DNA of 64,000 nucleotides from the human T2T-CHM13v2.0 reference genome, Homo sapiens, in assembly GCF_009914755.1 (NCBI RefSeq), contig NC_060925.1, one strand, 5' to 3'. A model generated the notes under the pieces. It did not search any database and was not told where the DNA came from. It worked only from the letters and a program-made list of their open reading frames with translations. The position numbers and the translations under genes are program-made. Every line of letters begins with the position of its first letter. Position 1 is the first letter of the stretch. Below, piece after piece: positions 41,346 through 61,237 of the stretch.

Positions 41346-42209
41346 CAATAAATTGGTGGGGAAGAGGAGGTTTTAAAACTTGTTAGTGCTCGTTCTGTTG
41401 TTGAAAGATACCATTTGTCCAATTTTGTGGAACCCTGAGAGGAACATTTTTTCACTGTTATTATATGTGCATTTTTATTAGACTATCTGATAGAGGTTGG
41501 ATTTTGTGACTCAAAGGACAGATAACCTTTTTGTGTGGTGCCCTTGGTTTCTGAGGGCTTTGCTGGCCACTCCTTAATTCTGAGTGAGTCAAAGCAGGCC
41601 CTGAGGTCTCCTGTTTTTCTTGCTGTGTGTCCAAACTCTGGTTAGGAGAAAGATAAGAAAATCTCCAGGCTTGTTTTTATATTGATTCAGTCCTCTGCAT
41701 TCCTTTGTTATCATCCTCTTTCTCTAAAAACCATTAAGTTTTGGGATCAAGTTTACCTTTGCCAAGCCTTTCCTAATGAATTCCACATTAAATTTTCTGG
41801 CAAAGTATTAAAGAGAAACCTTCATTGATATAAAGCAGGCAGGGCGGTCTGGCTACATGATCATAAAAGGTACTCCCTAAATCTAGAACAATTTTAAAGG
41901 CTTGGAATACTTATGGGCAGACGAACATGGGAATGATCTGAAAGGCTCATTATGGCATCCTGACTTGCCCAGTTGAATTAAATTTTAAGTTAGCCCTGAG
42001 AAGGGAGGCTATGACCCCAGGTCTGGATGGTTTCCCTGTCTGGTTTGGCATTTGACGATTCTACACATACAACCTGTTCTGTTATCATAAAACAACTCAT
42101 TTGGGCAAAACTCAAAATGCTCCCCTACTTTTTCCAGCAATTTCCAAAAGCTGGAGCTGTGTAACTTGGAAATGTAGCTGCCTCTGGCATTCTTTTACTT
42201 AGTTTATGC

Positions 42210-42709
42210 TGATGTAGGGCAGGTGAGCCCAAAAATTGGGGCTTAGCCCAGAGGAGTTCTTGGCTTCACCCAGGAAAGAATTCAAGGGCAAGCCAGTGGT
42301 GTTAGACAGCAGCTTGTATTGAAGCAGCAGTGCCCAACAGCAGCTAAGGGGCCGCTCCTCGTGGAGCAGGGCTACACCATAGGCAGTGTGCCCAGAGTAG
42401 TAGCTCAGAGGCAGGTCGGCACTTATATTTATACCCACTTTTAGTTACATGCAAATTAAGGGGCAGATTATGCAGCAATATTTAGGAAAATGGTGGTAAC
42501 TTCCAAGCCGCTGGGTGGTTGCCATGATAAGGGGCAGTGACTTCCAGGTGTTGCCATGGCAATGGTAATTGACATGGCACAGTGATAAGTGTTTCTTATG
42601 GAAATCTGCTTCCTGCACCACCCTCCCACCACCGCCCTGTTTTAGCTAGTCCTCAATTTGGTCCATGTCCGAGTCCGGCCTTTGGAGTTGAGTCCTGCCT
42701 TCTACCTCC
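42210..42709 (-). mobile_element. Solo LTR (LTR47-like; same family as 11945-12353) in the 3' UTR
   Basis: tgatgtagggcagg...ttttagctagtcctcaatttggtcc...cctgccttctacctc is the reverse-complement homologue of the 11.9-kb copy. Confidence 0.7.
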
Positions 42710-44439
42710 TTGCCTAGAACTTTAATTGGAGGGAAAGTATAAGCCCATAATGCCAAGTAACATTTCTAAAATGTTCATCTTTTAAAAGATCTTCATGAGG
42801 GAAAGGGAAGGTTAGTAGCAGAACAGGTTTTTAAAAGCAGTCTACCTTTCGCCCACTTTCCAGCCACACAATTATTGTAACAAAAGAGGCTGAACTCTTT
42901 AAAGGGCTAAAGGGCAGGCAGTGTTAGGAATTCGGAATGTAATTGAAGGCAATTTCCATAATTTTGTCTTATGTTAAAATATCCAAAATGGATTTTAAAA
43001 GAAATCTTCTTGTCTTCCTTTAAGTGTAGTTGTCTTTCAAAAGGTGGTAAAAGTCACTTTTATTTCTACCTCTTGAACAACAAAAAAGTCAAAAACATTA
43101 TAAATTGGCTTGTAAATGTTAGCCAAAGCATTAGACAGGTGTTTAAGTCGTACTTCTCAATAGTAGTTAAAACTGGAACAGTGCAACTCAAACTCTGGCC
43201 CACAGAGAGGCCCTGTTCTGTAAACTGTTTTCTACCAGTCTGCTACAAGGAAAGTCAGAAATTAAGAATACACATATAGAAATGTTGATAACACTTTGAC
43301 ATTGCTGTGACTCATGGCTTTGTCTTCTTGAGTGAGGTATGGACCAGTTCAGTTCTGGTCAGCTAGAGGGCCACATGGTGCAGAGGTTGGATACCAGCCT
43401 GTACAGCAGGACCACGTATTGGTCTGCAGTAGAATGGAAAATTTAAAACTTCTCTTATCACAGGTAGTTCGATAAATATCATTCTTGGCTGTGTGCGGTG
43501 GCTCACGCCTATAATCCCAGCACTTTGGGAGGCCAAGGCAGATGGAACACTTGAGGTCAGGAGTTCGATACCAGCCTGACCAACATGGCGAAACCCCGTC
43601 TCTAGCAAAAATACAAAAATTAGTCAGGAGTGGTGGCATGTGCCTGTAATCCCAGCTACTCAGGAGGCTGTGGCGAGAGGAACACTTGAGCCTGGAAAAG
43701 GTTGCAGTGAGCTGGAATCGTGCCACTCCACTCCAGCCTGGGCAACAGTGTGAGACCTTGTCTCAAAAAAATAATAATAAAATAAATAAATAAAAGAAAA
43801 ATATTCTAGATCAAGAGTTACTCATTGAAAATTATCAGGGACCAGAGATATTTGTCTTATCTGAAATAAAAATACTAGCTGTGGCCAGGCGCAGTGGCTC
43901 ACGCCTGTAATCCCAACACTTTGGGAGGCCAAGGCAGGTGGATCACCTGAGGTCGGGAGTTCAAGACCAGCCTGGCCAACATGGAGAAACCCCGTCTCTA
44001 CTAAAAATACAAAATTAGCCAGGCATGGTGGCGCATGCCTGTAATTCCAGCTACTCAGGAGGCTGAAGCAGGAGAATCGCTTGAACCCAGGAGGCGGAGG
44101 TTGCTGTGAGCCGACATCACACCACTGCACTCCAGCCTGGGCAACAAGAGCGAAACTGTCTCCAAAAATGTATACATATATTTGCTGTTATTTTAAAAGA
44201 GGGATCTCAGCAAAAAGGAAACCTAAATGGATGTGTAGAAGATTTACTTGGCCAGGAACAGTGTTTGATATTTTTGCTTTCTCTGTTTAAATTATCTCTG
44301 ATGTTTTAATGACTTTTCTACCTCATAGTTCAGCCTCTTTGCCTGCTTTCTCCAGTGGAGCTATGATCCTCTTCAGTGATTCCGTGACCTCTTCATATCC
44401 CTGGGTAAAACATTTTACATTAGAGATTTCACTGTAGGA

Positions 44440-44605
44440 CAGTGATTCTCAGTTGGGGGTGATTTCGTGCCTTGCAGGTGGCTACTGGCATCTAGTGGGT
44501 AGAGGCCAGGGAAGCTGCCAAACATCCTGAAATGCACAGGACAGTCCCCACAACAATGAATTCTCCAATTCAAAATGTCAGTAATACCAATGTTGAGAAA
44601 CTCTG
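44440..44605. mobile_element. MER20 DNA transposon
   Basis: cagtgattctcagttgggggtgattt...gctactggcatctagtgggtagaggccaggga...gttgagaaactctg. Confidence 0.8.
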
Positions 44606-44693
44606 CTGTAAGATAAAGTAGGATTTTTTAAAGGATCTTTAATGAGTGGACTTAATTTTGTGTTCTATTTTAAGCTACCTTTTACCTGCATAA

Positions 44694-45066
<373 letters not shown>

Positions 45067-46483
45067 TAGAAAATAGTGGATTAGTAAAATGAAGCGCTGA
45101 GGCCAGATGGTTCATAGCTTGCCCAAGATCTGATTTAGGTTTATAATGTGGAAACTTAGAAAATTCTGACTCATTCATACACCCAGAATCGTTACTAGGT
45201 TCTGATCATTTTGTTAATTTTTAAAGTAGCAGAATCACTGGGAAGAAAACAGAATGTGACACCTAATGTTTAAATGATTCTCTTTCTTTCGTAATATCTC
45301 AGATTGTTGCATTTCTGGTGGACTATTTGGAGTTTGTGTATAGGCACTGGCAATAACTGGATCACTGAGTTCTATCACTTTTAAAGGAGATACTTCCTCT
45401 GTCTAGACTATCAGATCATAAATTGGTCCCCTTTAGGTGGTCAGTATTTATAATCACAGTGTCTTTGAGGTTTAATTTGTGGGGTTGGTGGTATTTTTAT
45501 ACTAAGTAAATTTACAGTTGAGCCCAACACAGACCGTTAGTGGTTTAGTTTCTATTCTGGCACATTCCACCCAAGTTCACAAAGGGATATTTTCGTCTCA
45601 TATTAGATGTATTGCATGAATGGGAACAGGACTCTTACTTGTAATGGAATTCCAAAATGGCATTCTTGGGAAGTTATTTCTCTTGGGGGATGAGGACCCC
45701 CTTCTCAAAAGTTGAGAAGGAATGTAAATAGGGCCTTACCTATAATAATTAAGAAATGACATAGTGCATCATGATTCTGATCATTTGGCAGAAAGATGCC
45801 GTTCTGATGTAAATATTTTGGTGGCCACCAGACTTTGAATATTCCTTAAGGAAGCTGCTGACCTAGTGTTCTGCAACATGTTATGGAATTGAGTATTCTG
45901 GTGGTTTGGAATACTGAGATGGGTTTTTTTTGTTATTGTTCATTGATGTCGTGACAAACCCCAGGGAGAGAAAGGCAACAGGTAGGGCTGCATGCACTGA
46001 TTCTGGGAGCCGTAGGAAAGAGTGGAGTGGCCTTTGGTTAACTGAACTCAGACTGTTTTATTTGGAACTCTAGATTTTTCTTGTGTGTGTCCCTTGTGCA
46101 TTAAGAGAATGATCTCTGTGAAGTCTAGTGTAATGGGGTAGGGAGGGGCAAAGGGTTGGGATGGGTGAGAAGTTCCTATTATGCTCTGTTTTGAGCATTC
46201 CCACTGTGCTTCCTGTTGTTGCTGGTCTCTTGTAGCTTGCCTTGTGTTTTCATGTGATCACACTATCTTCTAACCTGATAAAGGGACACTTTATTCAGGT
46301 GCATATGATGGGCACTGTTTTCATTGATTTCTGTTGCTTTTGTAGTTCTCTCCACTCAACAGTACTGTGTTCCACAAACCTTTCATTGTAGTGCTGGAAA
46401 TTTGAATTCTTTTCTTCAAATGATGTTTCTGTAGAGAAAAACGAAAAGTGTTTTGGGGTCAGAGTAGTTTGGTTGGTTCCTAA

Positions 46484-46696
<213 letters not shown>

Positions 46697-48145
46697 TAGT
46701 AGAGACGGGGTTTCACCGTGTTAGCCAGGATAGTCTCAATATCCTGACCTTGTGATCCACCCGCCTCGGCCTCCCAAAGTGCTAGGATTACAGGCGTGAG
46801 CCACCGCGCCCGGCCTAAATATATCCTAGTTTTAAAAGGTGACAGTAACTCACATGACTGCATGATCGGATGACATGGAAACTTCATAACTGAAGGAGAA
46901 CATTTAGCATCCGTCTTGACCCTCCAGGTAGATTATTTTACTACTGCCAATTCTTCATTGACAATTGTGGTTTTAGGGGGGGCAATTTTTATATCCATCA
47001 TTTGATTTCTGGACCTTTGTCAGTTAATCAGTGGAGGTTAGGGCAGGGATTATGTGCTTTGATGAGGAAGGTTTAGTAGTAACAAGCTTGGGGATTTTGA
47101 AGGAAGGCATCAATTTCATATACAGGTCTTGGTGACATGTAATGGATATGGATTATCTGTCATGCATACAGTGAAGGGTATGGTCAGGATTTTTTTGGAA
47201 GTAGAAAAACATACCAAACAGTTTCACATCTTTTACCATCCATAGCCCCTGAGGAGCATCTACTGCCATCAGAAAAACATGCAAATAATACTGCAGTGCC
47301 CTCCAAGGGTCTTAGGCCCAACTGAAGGTTTAGAAACATTCAAATTTATAAACTGCCACACTTGGCATCAGATTCACTTAAAAGGATATAGAATGGGAAG
47401 CACTGCTTACTAGCAAGGCAGAACCAGTTGCTCTTCTCTGAAAGTCTCTGCAGCTGTCTGTGTGGCATAGTGCAGGTGCAAGGAGACAGATCTACATGGG
47501 GCAAGTATGGAAGCTTCCCCGGCTTAAGAGCCCCTTGTCCCACAGGAACAAGTATCTCTTATAACAGCTTCATAGACATGGCCTCCAGTGTCCCTATAAA
47601 AGACATGCCTGTTCCAAGCGTCACTGTACTTAGGGATGCCCAGAGCTGAGGCTTCCTATCAGGCATTTATAGTTCTCCCAGTCCAGATGCAGTTTACCAA
47701 TTGGGCATCATGTCTACCATATGTAACATTGCCTAGCAGTTGACATATGAATTTTTATTAGGTTGCCAGGGGAACAGAGCTAGAAAGTTAACAAAGGTAA
47801 AATTCTCATGCAGAAGGGAAAGAGGCTTTGTTAATACTTTGCCAAACACTATGCTAAGCAATTGCATAACAGATATTACACCTAATTCCTATAGAATATA
47901 GCCAGAGGAATTTCCTAGTAAAATATAACCCACCCTAACTCATTTTTCCTTTCTTGAATAGTGTTGTTGGTGCTTAGTTGCTTGTGATTAATAGACAGTT
48001 TGCAAATTTTGGTAAGGTGTGTGTAAGAGTTGGCTTAACAGTCAAAATGATCCTAGCCAAAATATCATGTATCCTTTGGTGTCACTCATAATAGGTGAGT
48101 ATAGTATGTCGTACTGTAGGGACATTATTGAATGGACATGTCTGA

Positions 48146-48442
<297 letters not shown>

Positions 48443-49055
48443 TGATCTCGGCCTGACCTCAGGCAATCCGCCTCTGCCTCCCAAAGTGCTGGGATTACAG
48501 GCGTGAGTCACTGCGTCCGGCCTGCTCTTGGAAACCGTGCCTCTTATTCCTGTGTCATGTGGTGCTACTCTTGCCTGCTTCTGTTGCTCCCAGCAGATCA
48601 ATGAGTGAAGATGGCTGGTTACTCATTCAGTAGTTATCAAACAATTATTTATGGAGTCTTTACTGTATGTCAAGCACGAAGGGTACTTCAGTGAACCAGC
48701 ACCATCCCTGCCCTCAAGGATCCTGCAGTGTGTAATCACAGAGACTGGCAGTTATAACACGGCATGTTGGGTGTGACAACAGGGACAAGCACAGGGTACT
48801 CTGAGAACGCGTGGGTCGGGTACCTAGCCAGTCATAGAGCCTCAGAGACGCTTTCTGTCTAAGCTACTCTTCCTATCCAGTAAACTTCCAGCTTTGGCAT
48901 ACTATATTTATAAGCAGTTTAAACAGTTGCTGAAATTTATTGCCTTTTCTCAAACATGGTGGCTTTGGTCACTAACAGTGTTTAAATTATGTGTTTTATT
49001 CAGTTATGCAAAAATATATACTATACATAGAATATCAGAATGTTGTAGTCTTTAG

Positions 49056-49250
<195 letters not shown>

Positions 49251-49307
49251 TAAGAGATGGCGTGTCACCATGTTGACCAGGATGGTCTTGATCTCCTGAC
49301 CTCGTGA

Positions 49308-49469
<162 letters not shown>

Positions 49470-49525
49470 TGAGGTCAGGAGTTAAAGACCAGCCTGGCCA
49501 ACATGGTGAAACTCCGTCTCTACTA

Positions 49526-50163
<638 letters not shown>

Positions 50164-50692
50164 TTAAATCAAGAGATTTGAAAGTTAGAAGGGACAGGAG
50201 AGATAGTCTAGTCCAACTCCATGTGACAGATGAAATGACGTTTCTAGTTCTCACACAGCTGGTTAGGATCAGAAACCAGGTCCTGCCAGGCCAGTCCTGA
50301 TAATAGACAGACATGTTTGGGCAGGCAGAAAAGACCATTCATAGATAACATTTGTTTCCCTGGGTATCCATCAGACCAGAGGCACAGGAGAGGAAAATGC
50401 TGTTTTGGCCTCATATGATAAAGTATGCATTGTGTGATTATGGTCTGCATTCTTGCAATGCTTAGACAGGGAGGGGGAAATCACATTTTGAGCATGGGGG
50501 AGTTAATTTCTTTGTCCTGTAATACCACACATATCTAAAACATAAACCACCATGGAACACACTCACACTCACATACACACAAAAGGCAAATTAAAATATT
50601 TATTGTCCACTTAATATGTGTTCTGTGTTTGATTGTAATGTATTCATTTTACTTATAAAAAATTTCAAAAGTAAAAATATATATATTATTAA

Positions 50693-50959
<267 letters not shown>

Positions 50960-52588
50960 TGATACACCCGCCTCAGCCTTCCAAAGTGCTGAGATTACAG
51001 GTGTGAGCCACCATGTCCGGCCTCTAACTGATTTTTGAAATATAAATTGGGTGTGATTCAGGGAATGTAACAAGAACAATCTTATTTGAAACAGAAAACC
51101 ACATATTTTTAAGTCAGCAGCCCACATGATAAGATGGTATTGAGTAAAAATGTATTCTTAGGTATTTCTTGACTCAGTGGATTTTAATCAGTCTACTGCA
51201 AAAGCTAGTTTTATTTAAAGGGCTGCAATTATATATAAGAATTATTAGAAAAACAGATTAGCCACTTAATCTAAAAATACCTAGATGCAGTATTCCTGGT
51301 TTTTAATGAAATATTTATCTAGTTTGGGATTAAAATTAACTTAGGGCCATCAAAAATGCAAATTATCTTTAATTTGGTTAAATCAACCTGGGAGTAAATG
51401 GAAATAATCTCAAGCTAAATTTTTGTTTTGATTTATATACAGTCAGATTGAAACACCCTAGTTACAAGTTTAGAATAGGAGTGGCCTCAACAAAGGAAAA
51501 AGTCCTTTGTTCCTCTGTTGCTCATTTTGTCCTCGGAAACAAATACAATTTAACTATTTTCTGTACCGTCCCAAATTTGAAGCTGACCTGAATTTGGTAC
51601 CTATAAATTTAAAATGGCTAAGGTTAAAATAGTTAAAACAGTTTCTTTAGAATGAGTTGTTAGCTGGGTGTGGTAGTGTACACCTGTAGTCCCAGCTACT
51701 CCAAAGGCTGAGGCAGGAGGATTGCTTGAGCCCAGAAGTTCAAAGCTGCAGTGAACTAGGATCATGTCACCACACTCCAGCGTGGGCAACAGAATGAGAC
51801 CCTGTCTCAAAAAAAAAGGTTTTTTTTTAATTGAATGAATGCAATAAGGAATTGAGGATCGTCTCACATTAATGAGTGAATAACCCTTCATAATTTTAGT
51901 TACTGTTTTTCTCAGGGCAATTATTTTATATAAAATTCTAATGGAGAATTTTATGGACAAGATTTTAGTTAAGGAAAAAAATAACCCCACAAAATAAAGA
52001 GAACTATTAGAGCTCTAAACAGAAGAAGCTTCCATCAAACCGTTTTTCCCACTTTTTTGTCCCACGGTCTTAGGACCAACAATTTAGTAATACGAGACAA
52101 TTTCTGGCAGACTATCCCAAGCTGGGACATTTTAGATTCTGTGAAAGAAGACTGACTACTGTCTGATGAATGGGTAATTGATGATGCAATGTATGAAAAA
52201 AGTAAGGCAGACAACTCAAAAATCACAGGAAGTGCAGCCATTCTACGTGCCGAGCTCTACAGTTACACACTGTCCAACAGCTCTCGGAAGAAAAACAGAA
52301 ACTGACTTTATCTTTGCCTGCCAAGTTTGCAAATGGATTAGTTCATTACAAAGGCACTTGTCAAAACATATTTATTAAAAAGAGGAGCCAGAGTTGGAAA
52401 TCATCTTGACCATTAAAAAAATAGCAACTGATACCTTGTTTAACAAGTAAGACAGTTTCTGCTTTTTGGAATTGAATTGGTTTTTAAGTGGTAATGTACC
52501 AGGTCTGTTTATATAGGTCAGTGTTGCCCAGGTTGTATTGTTTTGCTGTTTTTACTTTTTTATATATAAAGAACTAAAATTACGAGAG

Positions 52589-52594
52589 AATAAA
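52589..52594 (+). terminator. ZBTB8B: Polyadenylation signal AATAAA (candidate distal ZBTB8B site)
   Basis: Non-repeat AATAAA with upstream TGTA and U-rich elements (52495-52560) and a downstream U/GU-rich tract (tttctcctttcagttgtttgg). Confidence 0.65.
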
Positions 52595-52979
52595 TTCGTG
52601 GATATAATCTAAATCTGATTTCTCCTTTCAGTTGTTTGGCATTCCATTTTTTATATAAATCTTTAAGACATATGTGCATATTTTTATTTTAAAAATTATT
52701 TCTGCTTAAACAACAGTTTCAAATATTTCTCTTTTGAAGACAAAATTGGTTTAGTTTCAGCAATGTATTGATATAATTTTACATTTTTTTAAATGTTGAG
52801 GCTGGGTTTATTTAAGATTAGCTGGGCTCGCTGCCTGCTCTTAAGAAAAACATGTATAGCCTATAAATTTTTAAAGGATTCCCATAATAATATAGAACTG
52901 CTAACACTAAATATGTTTCCATCTGTTTAAAGACTCATTAACTTCATTTAGTAATAGGAAAAAAAGCTACTAGGTAGAA

Positions 52980-53170
52980 CAGGGGTTAGGCTAAATCCTG
53001 CTTGCTGCCTGTTTTTTTGGTAAATAAAGTTATATTGGAAGACAGGCACATCCATTCCTTTTTGTCATTGTTTATGCCATCAATGACAAAGGTGAGTGGT
53101 TGCTACAGACACCTTTATCCACAAAGCCTAACATATTTACTATCTGGCCCTTCACAGAGAATTGCCTACC
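52980..53170. mobile_element. MER58A-like hAT element
   Basis: 'tgcctgttttt..gtaaataaagttatattggaa...aaagcctaacatatttactatctggcccttcacaga'. Confidence 0.75.
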
Positions 53171-54180
53171 TATGATGTTGGGTGGGACAGGAGATCTTTT
53201 ATTCCTTATGTAGGGATGATGGAGGTAGAATAAGTCCCTACTTTGGACCAATCTGTGAGCATCACTAGGATTTAAACATGTCTGGTATGTATGAAGGTCA
53301 GTGGAGCGGGCACCGCTGATCTGTATGAAGTTTTTTTAGAGAAGTCACTAGAAGGATCTGGCCAGGAGAAAGATGGTCACTTGGCTCAGCTCCAAGGAAG
53401 TATGCCTAAGCCTTCCGTTTGAGAGCTACATGCAGAAACTGAGCATGATCTATAATCTTGGTGAGATGCTAGGAGTTCAAACTGTACTGCTTTTTTTTTT
53501 TTTATTTAAATACTGCTGCAATGCTTTAAACACCTGATGCCAGGTAGGAGGGCAGGGGCATTGCCCTGCACTTCCGCAATACTGCATGTCCTCAGGGTGT
53601 TCTCAGTACAGGTGTGGCCCAGGCAGGAGCAAGAGAGGTTGAGTCCCTGCTGGATGGGCTCTAAGGGTTAACACTAGAGGCAGCTGGGATTTCAGTTTTC
53701 CTGACACCTACAATTCAGCACCAAACCTCACAGAGGGAATCCAGATAACCTGTCTTGGTTAGGGCACATTTGGCTTCAAAGAACAGACACTCAAACAAGC
53801 TTAAAGCAATGATTCGTAAAGTGTGGTCTCGGAACCAGCAGGATCGGCATCATCTAGGGAGATTCTGATGCAAACTAAAGTTTGAGAATAGGCTGGACAC
53901 AGTGGCTCACGCCTGAATCCCAGCACTTTGGGAAGGCCGAGGCAGGCTGATCACATGAGCTCACCAGTTCAAGACCAGCCTGGACAACATGGTGAAACCC
54001 AGCCTCTACAAAAAATACAAAAATTAGCTGGGTGTGGTGGCATGTGCCTGTAGTCACAGCTACTCTGGAGGCTGAGGTGGGAGGCTCACTTGAGCCCAAG
54101 AAATCGAGGCTGCAGTGAGCCATGATTGCACCACCACACTCTAGCCTGGACAACAAAGTGAGACCCTGTCTCAAAAACTA

Positions 54181-54847
<667 letters not shown>

Positions 54848-55409
54848 TAAAGTGAGTGACTTTACGATCATTCTGGGAGAGGAAATCAGCAGATCACCTG
54901 GAATTGGAAAGCAGGGCTGAGGCTGCTCCTGGTCAGTCATGTGCCTTGCCCATGTTTCCTGTACACTTCTCTTTGTGCCTGTGTGGGGTCCCCGGCTACT
55001 CTCAGAAGACCACCTTTCTCCTGCCCATTCCTCAGCTCAAAAGTGCTGCCCAGCCCTGACCTAACCACTGTCCTGTCCTTCAGTCCAAATCTTCCAAAGG
55101 AAAACACCTCAGTTTCTGCCCAGCAAAAGATCGGTTCCCTCAGATCACATGGCACCCCTTGGGTCAGGAAGCATGAGGCTCTGACTAAGGATGAGTGGTG
55201 GTCATGGGGACAGGTCCCCTGAGAAGGGGCCCTGGAGAGGGGCAGGAAAGTTGACCTACATGTCTCCTAAATAAATAAAATCATGGCTGGCAGGAAATTT
55301 GAGAGGAATGCACATGATATACTTCCAGGAGCTCCCAGAATTAATGGGGGAAAAAACTGCAGGTGGCTGTAGAGTTTTCCATTAGAAGGAGAGTAAAGTG
55401 TATTTAGTT

Positions 55410-56262
<853 letters not shown>

Positions 56263-56282
56263 ATCTAATTATTGTTCTTGGG

Positions 56283-56897
56283 ACGCCCGTAGGTCCCCTT
56301 GGCAGGAGGGGTGGAGGGGGAATGATTGCCGCTGCGCGCAGCGCGGGCAGAGGGCGAGAGGGCGAGAGGGCGGGAGGGCGTCGGGGCTGCCCCGGACCTG
56401 CAACCAGCCTGGTAGCGGGCGGCGGCGGCGGCGGCGTTGGGATGCGGGCCACGGGCGTGCGGCCCTCAGCCGTCTCCCGGCCGAGAGCGAGGCCGGAGGC
56501 GCCAAGCCGAGCGGGCGCCATTTGCAGCCTGGGGCGCAGCAGCTGCAGCGCTGTCTCCGAGGGGTTGGGAACGGCCAAGGAGGAGGCGCGGGCGGCGGCG
56601 GTGGGCGTTGGCGGGCACCGGCTCCCGGCCGTCCCTCCCCGCGCCCGGCCGGCCGGCCTCTCCTGCGCGCCCGGAAGGGGCTGCGGAACAATGGCCGCGC
56701 CGCTGTCGCCGCCCGGCCCGGCCCGGGGAAAGCCGGGAAGGCGCGCGGAGCCTCCTGGCGGCGGCGGCGGCGGCGGCGGGAAGGCGGCGGGGACGGCGTC
56801 GGGCGTGTCTGGAGCCGTCCGGCGCGGCGGACTCCGGGGAGGCTTGGTCTGCGCCGCGCAGAGACAGCAGCCGCCGGGGGCGGGGCGCGAGCCAGCG
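56283..56897. promoter_or_regulatory. Second CpG island (orphan or unassigned promoter-like element) with (GGC)6 and (GGC)7
   Basis: Extremely GC/CpG-rich ~600 bp. GGC runs at 56418-56435 and 56757-56777; ETS cores ccggaag (~56671); YY1-like gcgccattt (~56515); GC box ggggcggggc (~56877). Confidence 0.85.
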
Positions 56898-56904
56898 AAT
56901 TTGC

Positions 56905-58260
<1,356 letters not shown>

Positions 58261-58554
58261 TCTTCTTTTCTTCCTCTCCATGATGTTTGGTCTATTCTAC
58301 TGTGAAGGTGAACACTACCACATTTATTCTTTCAAAAACAGTTTATTCCCATCCTTACAGTAAAATATTTCAGTAAAATTGAAACAAAAAGGAATAAAAA
58401 TCAACCATAATCTCAGTATAAAAATAACATTTTGGGGCCGGGTGCGGTGGCTCACACCTGTAATCCCAGCACTTTGGGAGGCCGAGGCGCACGGATCACG
58501 AAGTCAGGAGATCGAGACCATCCTGGCTAACACAGTGAAACCCCATCTCTACTA

Positions 58555-58803
<249 letters not shown>

Positions 58804-58854
58804 TCATACTGTAAATACAATTTTGTACCCTGTTTTTTTCATTCAATTTTGCAG

Positions 58855-59032
58855 TAGCCCACAGGCCAAACTTGGCTCACTGCCTATTTTTGTATCCCTG
58901 TGAACTAAAATTGGTTTTTAAATTGTAAATGGCTAAAACAAAATCTAAACAGCAATAATATTTTGTGACGTGAAAATTACATGAAATTTCAGATTTGTGT
59001 CCATTTATGTTAAGTTTTATTGGAATACAGTC
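58855..59032. mobile_element. MER58B-like hAT fragment
   Basis: 'aataatattttgtgacgtgaaaattacatgaaatttcagattt...aagttttattggaatacag'. Confidence 0.7.
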
Positions 59033-59726
59033 TATGGATCTTAGGACTTTCCCTCTGGGTTTGCTCTCCAGTGGCACCCAGCCACAAGGAGAGGCCATGT
59101 AGAGGTGCTCTGAATACAGTCCCAGTGAAGCCTAGCCCAGGCTCAACCTGTGAGTGAAGAAACCACCTTGGAGTGGCTCCTCCAGCCCCAGCAGTTCTAG
59201 CTCCTAGATGTTAGTCACCACATGAGGCCCCAGACACGGTGGAGCAGAGAAAATCCGACACTCTGTGCACTTTCAGATTTCCTGACCCGCAGAATCAGTG
59301 TTATACGGTGGCGGTGGTTTCTGCCACTGTGTTTCAGATGGGTGCTGAGCAGCAGTCGTAACTGGAACAATAACCGCTCAGTAAAGGGCCTCATGTAAGA
59401 TCCTGCCACACCTGTAACCCCAGCACTTTGGGAAGCCAAGGTGGGCAGATCACTTGAGGTCAGGGGTTCAAAACCAGCCTGGCCAACATGGCAAAACCCC
59501 GTCTCTACTAAAAATACAAACATTAGCCAGGGGTCTGTAATCTCCCCCACAAAAAAAGACCCTAAAATAAATATCAACAGTAAAAAGCCATGGAAAGTGG
59601 AAGGATAATTAAGGCTAAAGATAATATAATTAGGCCAGGCACGGTGGCTCACGCCTGTAATCCCAACACTTTGGGAGGCCGAGACGGGTGGATCACGAGA
59701 TCAGGAGATCGAGACCATCCTGGCTA

Positions 59727-59997
<271 letters not shown>

Positions 59998-60327
59998 TCA
60001 TTGTATAATTATAGGAAAGATGTCTGTCAGGAGAAAGGAAGTTTTTCTGACACTAAACTCTAAGAGGAATGTATCCCTCTATCAGGGATGTTGGAAAATA
60101 GACAATTCCTTTTTTTTTTTTTTTTTGAGACAGGGTCTTACTTTGTCGCCTGGTGACAATTCCTTTATCAGCATTTTTATAGAATTCACAAGAGGTGTTT
60201 CTAACATGGGCCATCAGTAAAATCCAAGTATACAACACTAAATCATAAACATATTGTCTAAGTGTCTAAGTTTGTAGCTTTTAGGTAATCTAAACTGATT
60301 CAGGGCTGGAGCTTTAAAATCAAGAGG

Positions 60328-61237
<910 letters not shown>

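Noticed and set aside
52035-52378. Short protein-like ORFs on both strands near the distal UTR
   Set aside because: No recognisable homology, an internal stop in the most protein-like + frame, and no supporting splice structure.
56283-56897. Calling this island the ZBTB8A promoter
   Set aside because: No ZBTB8A exon is visible in the window and I cannot link the two from sequence. Kept only as a hypothesis.
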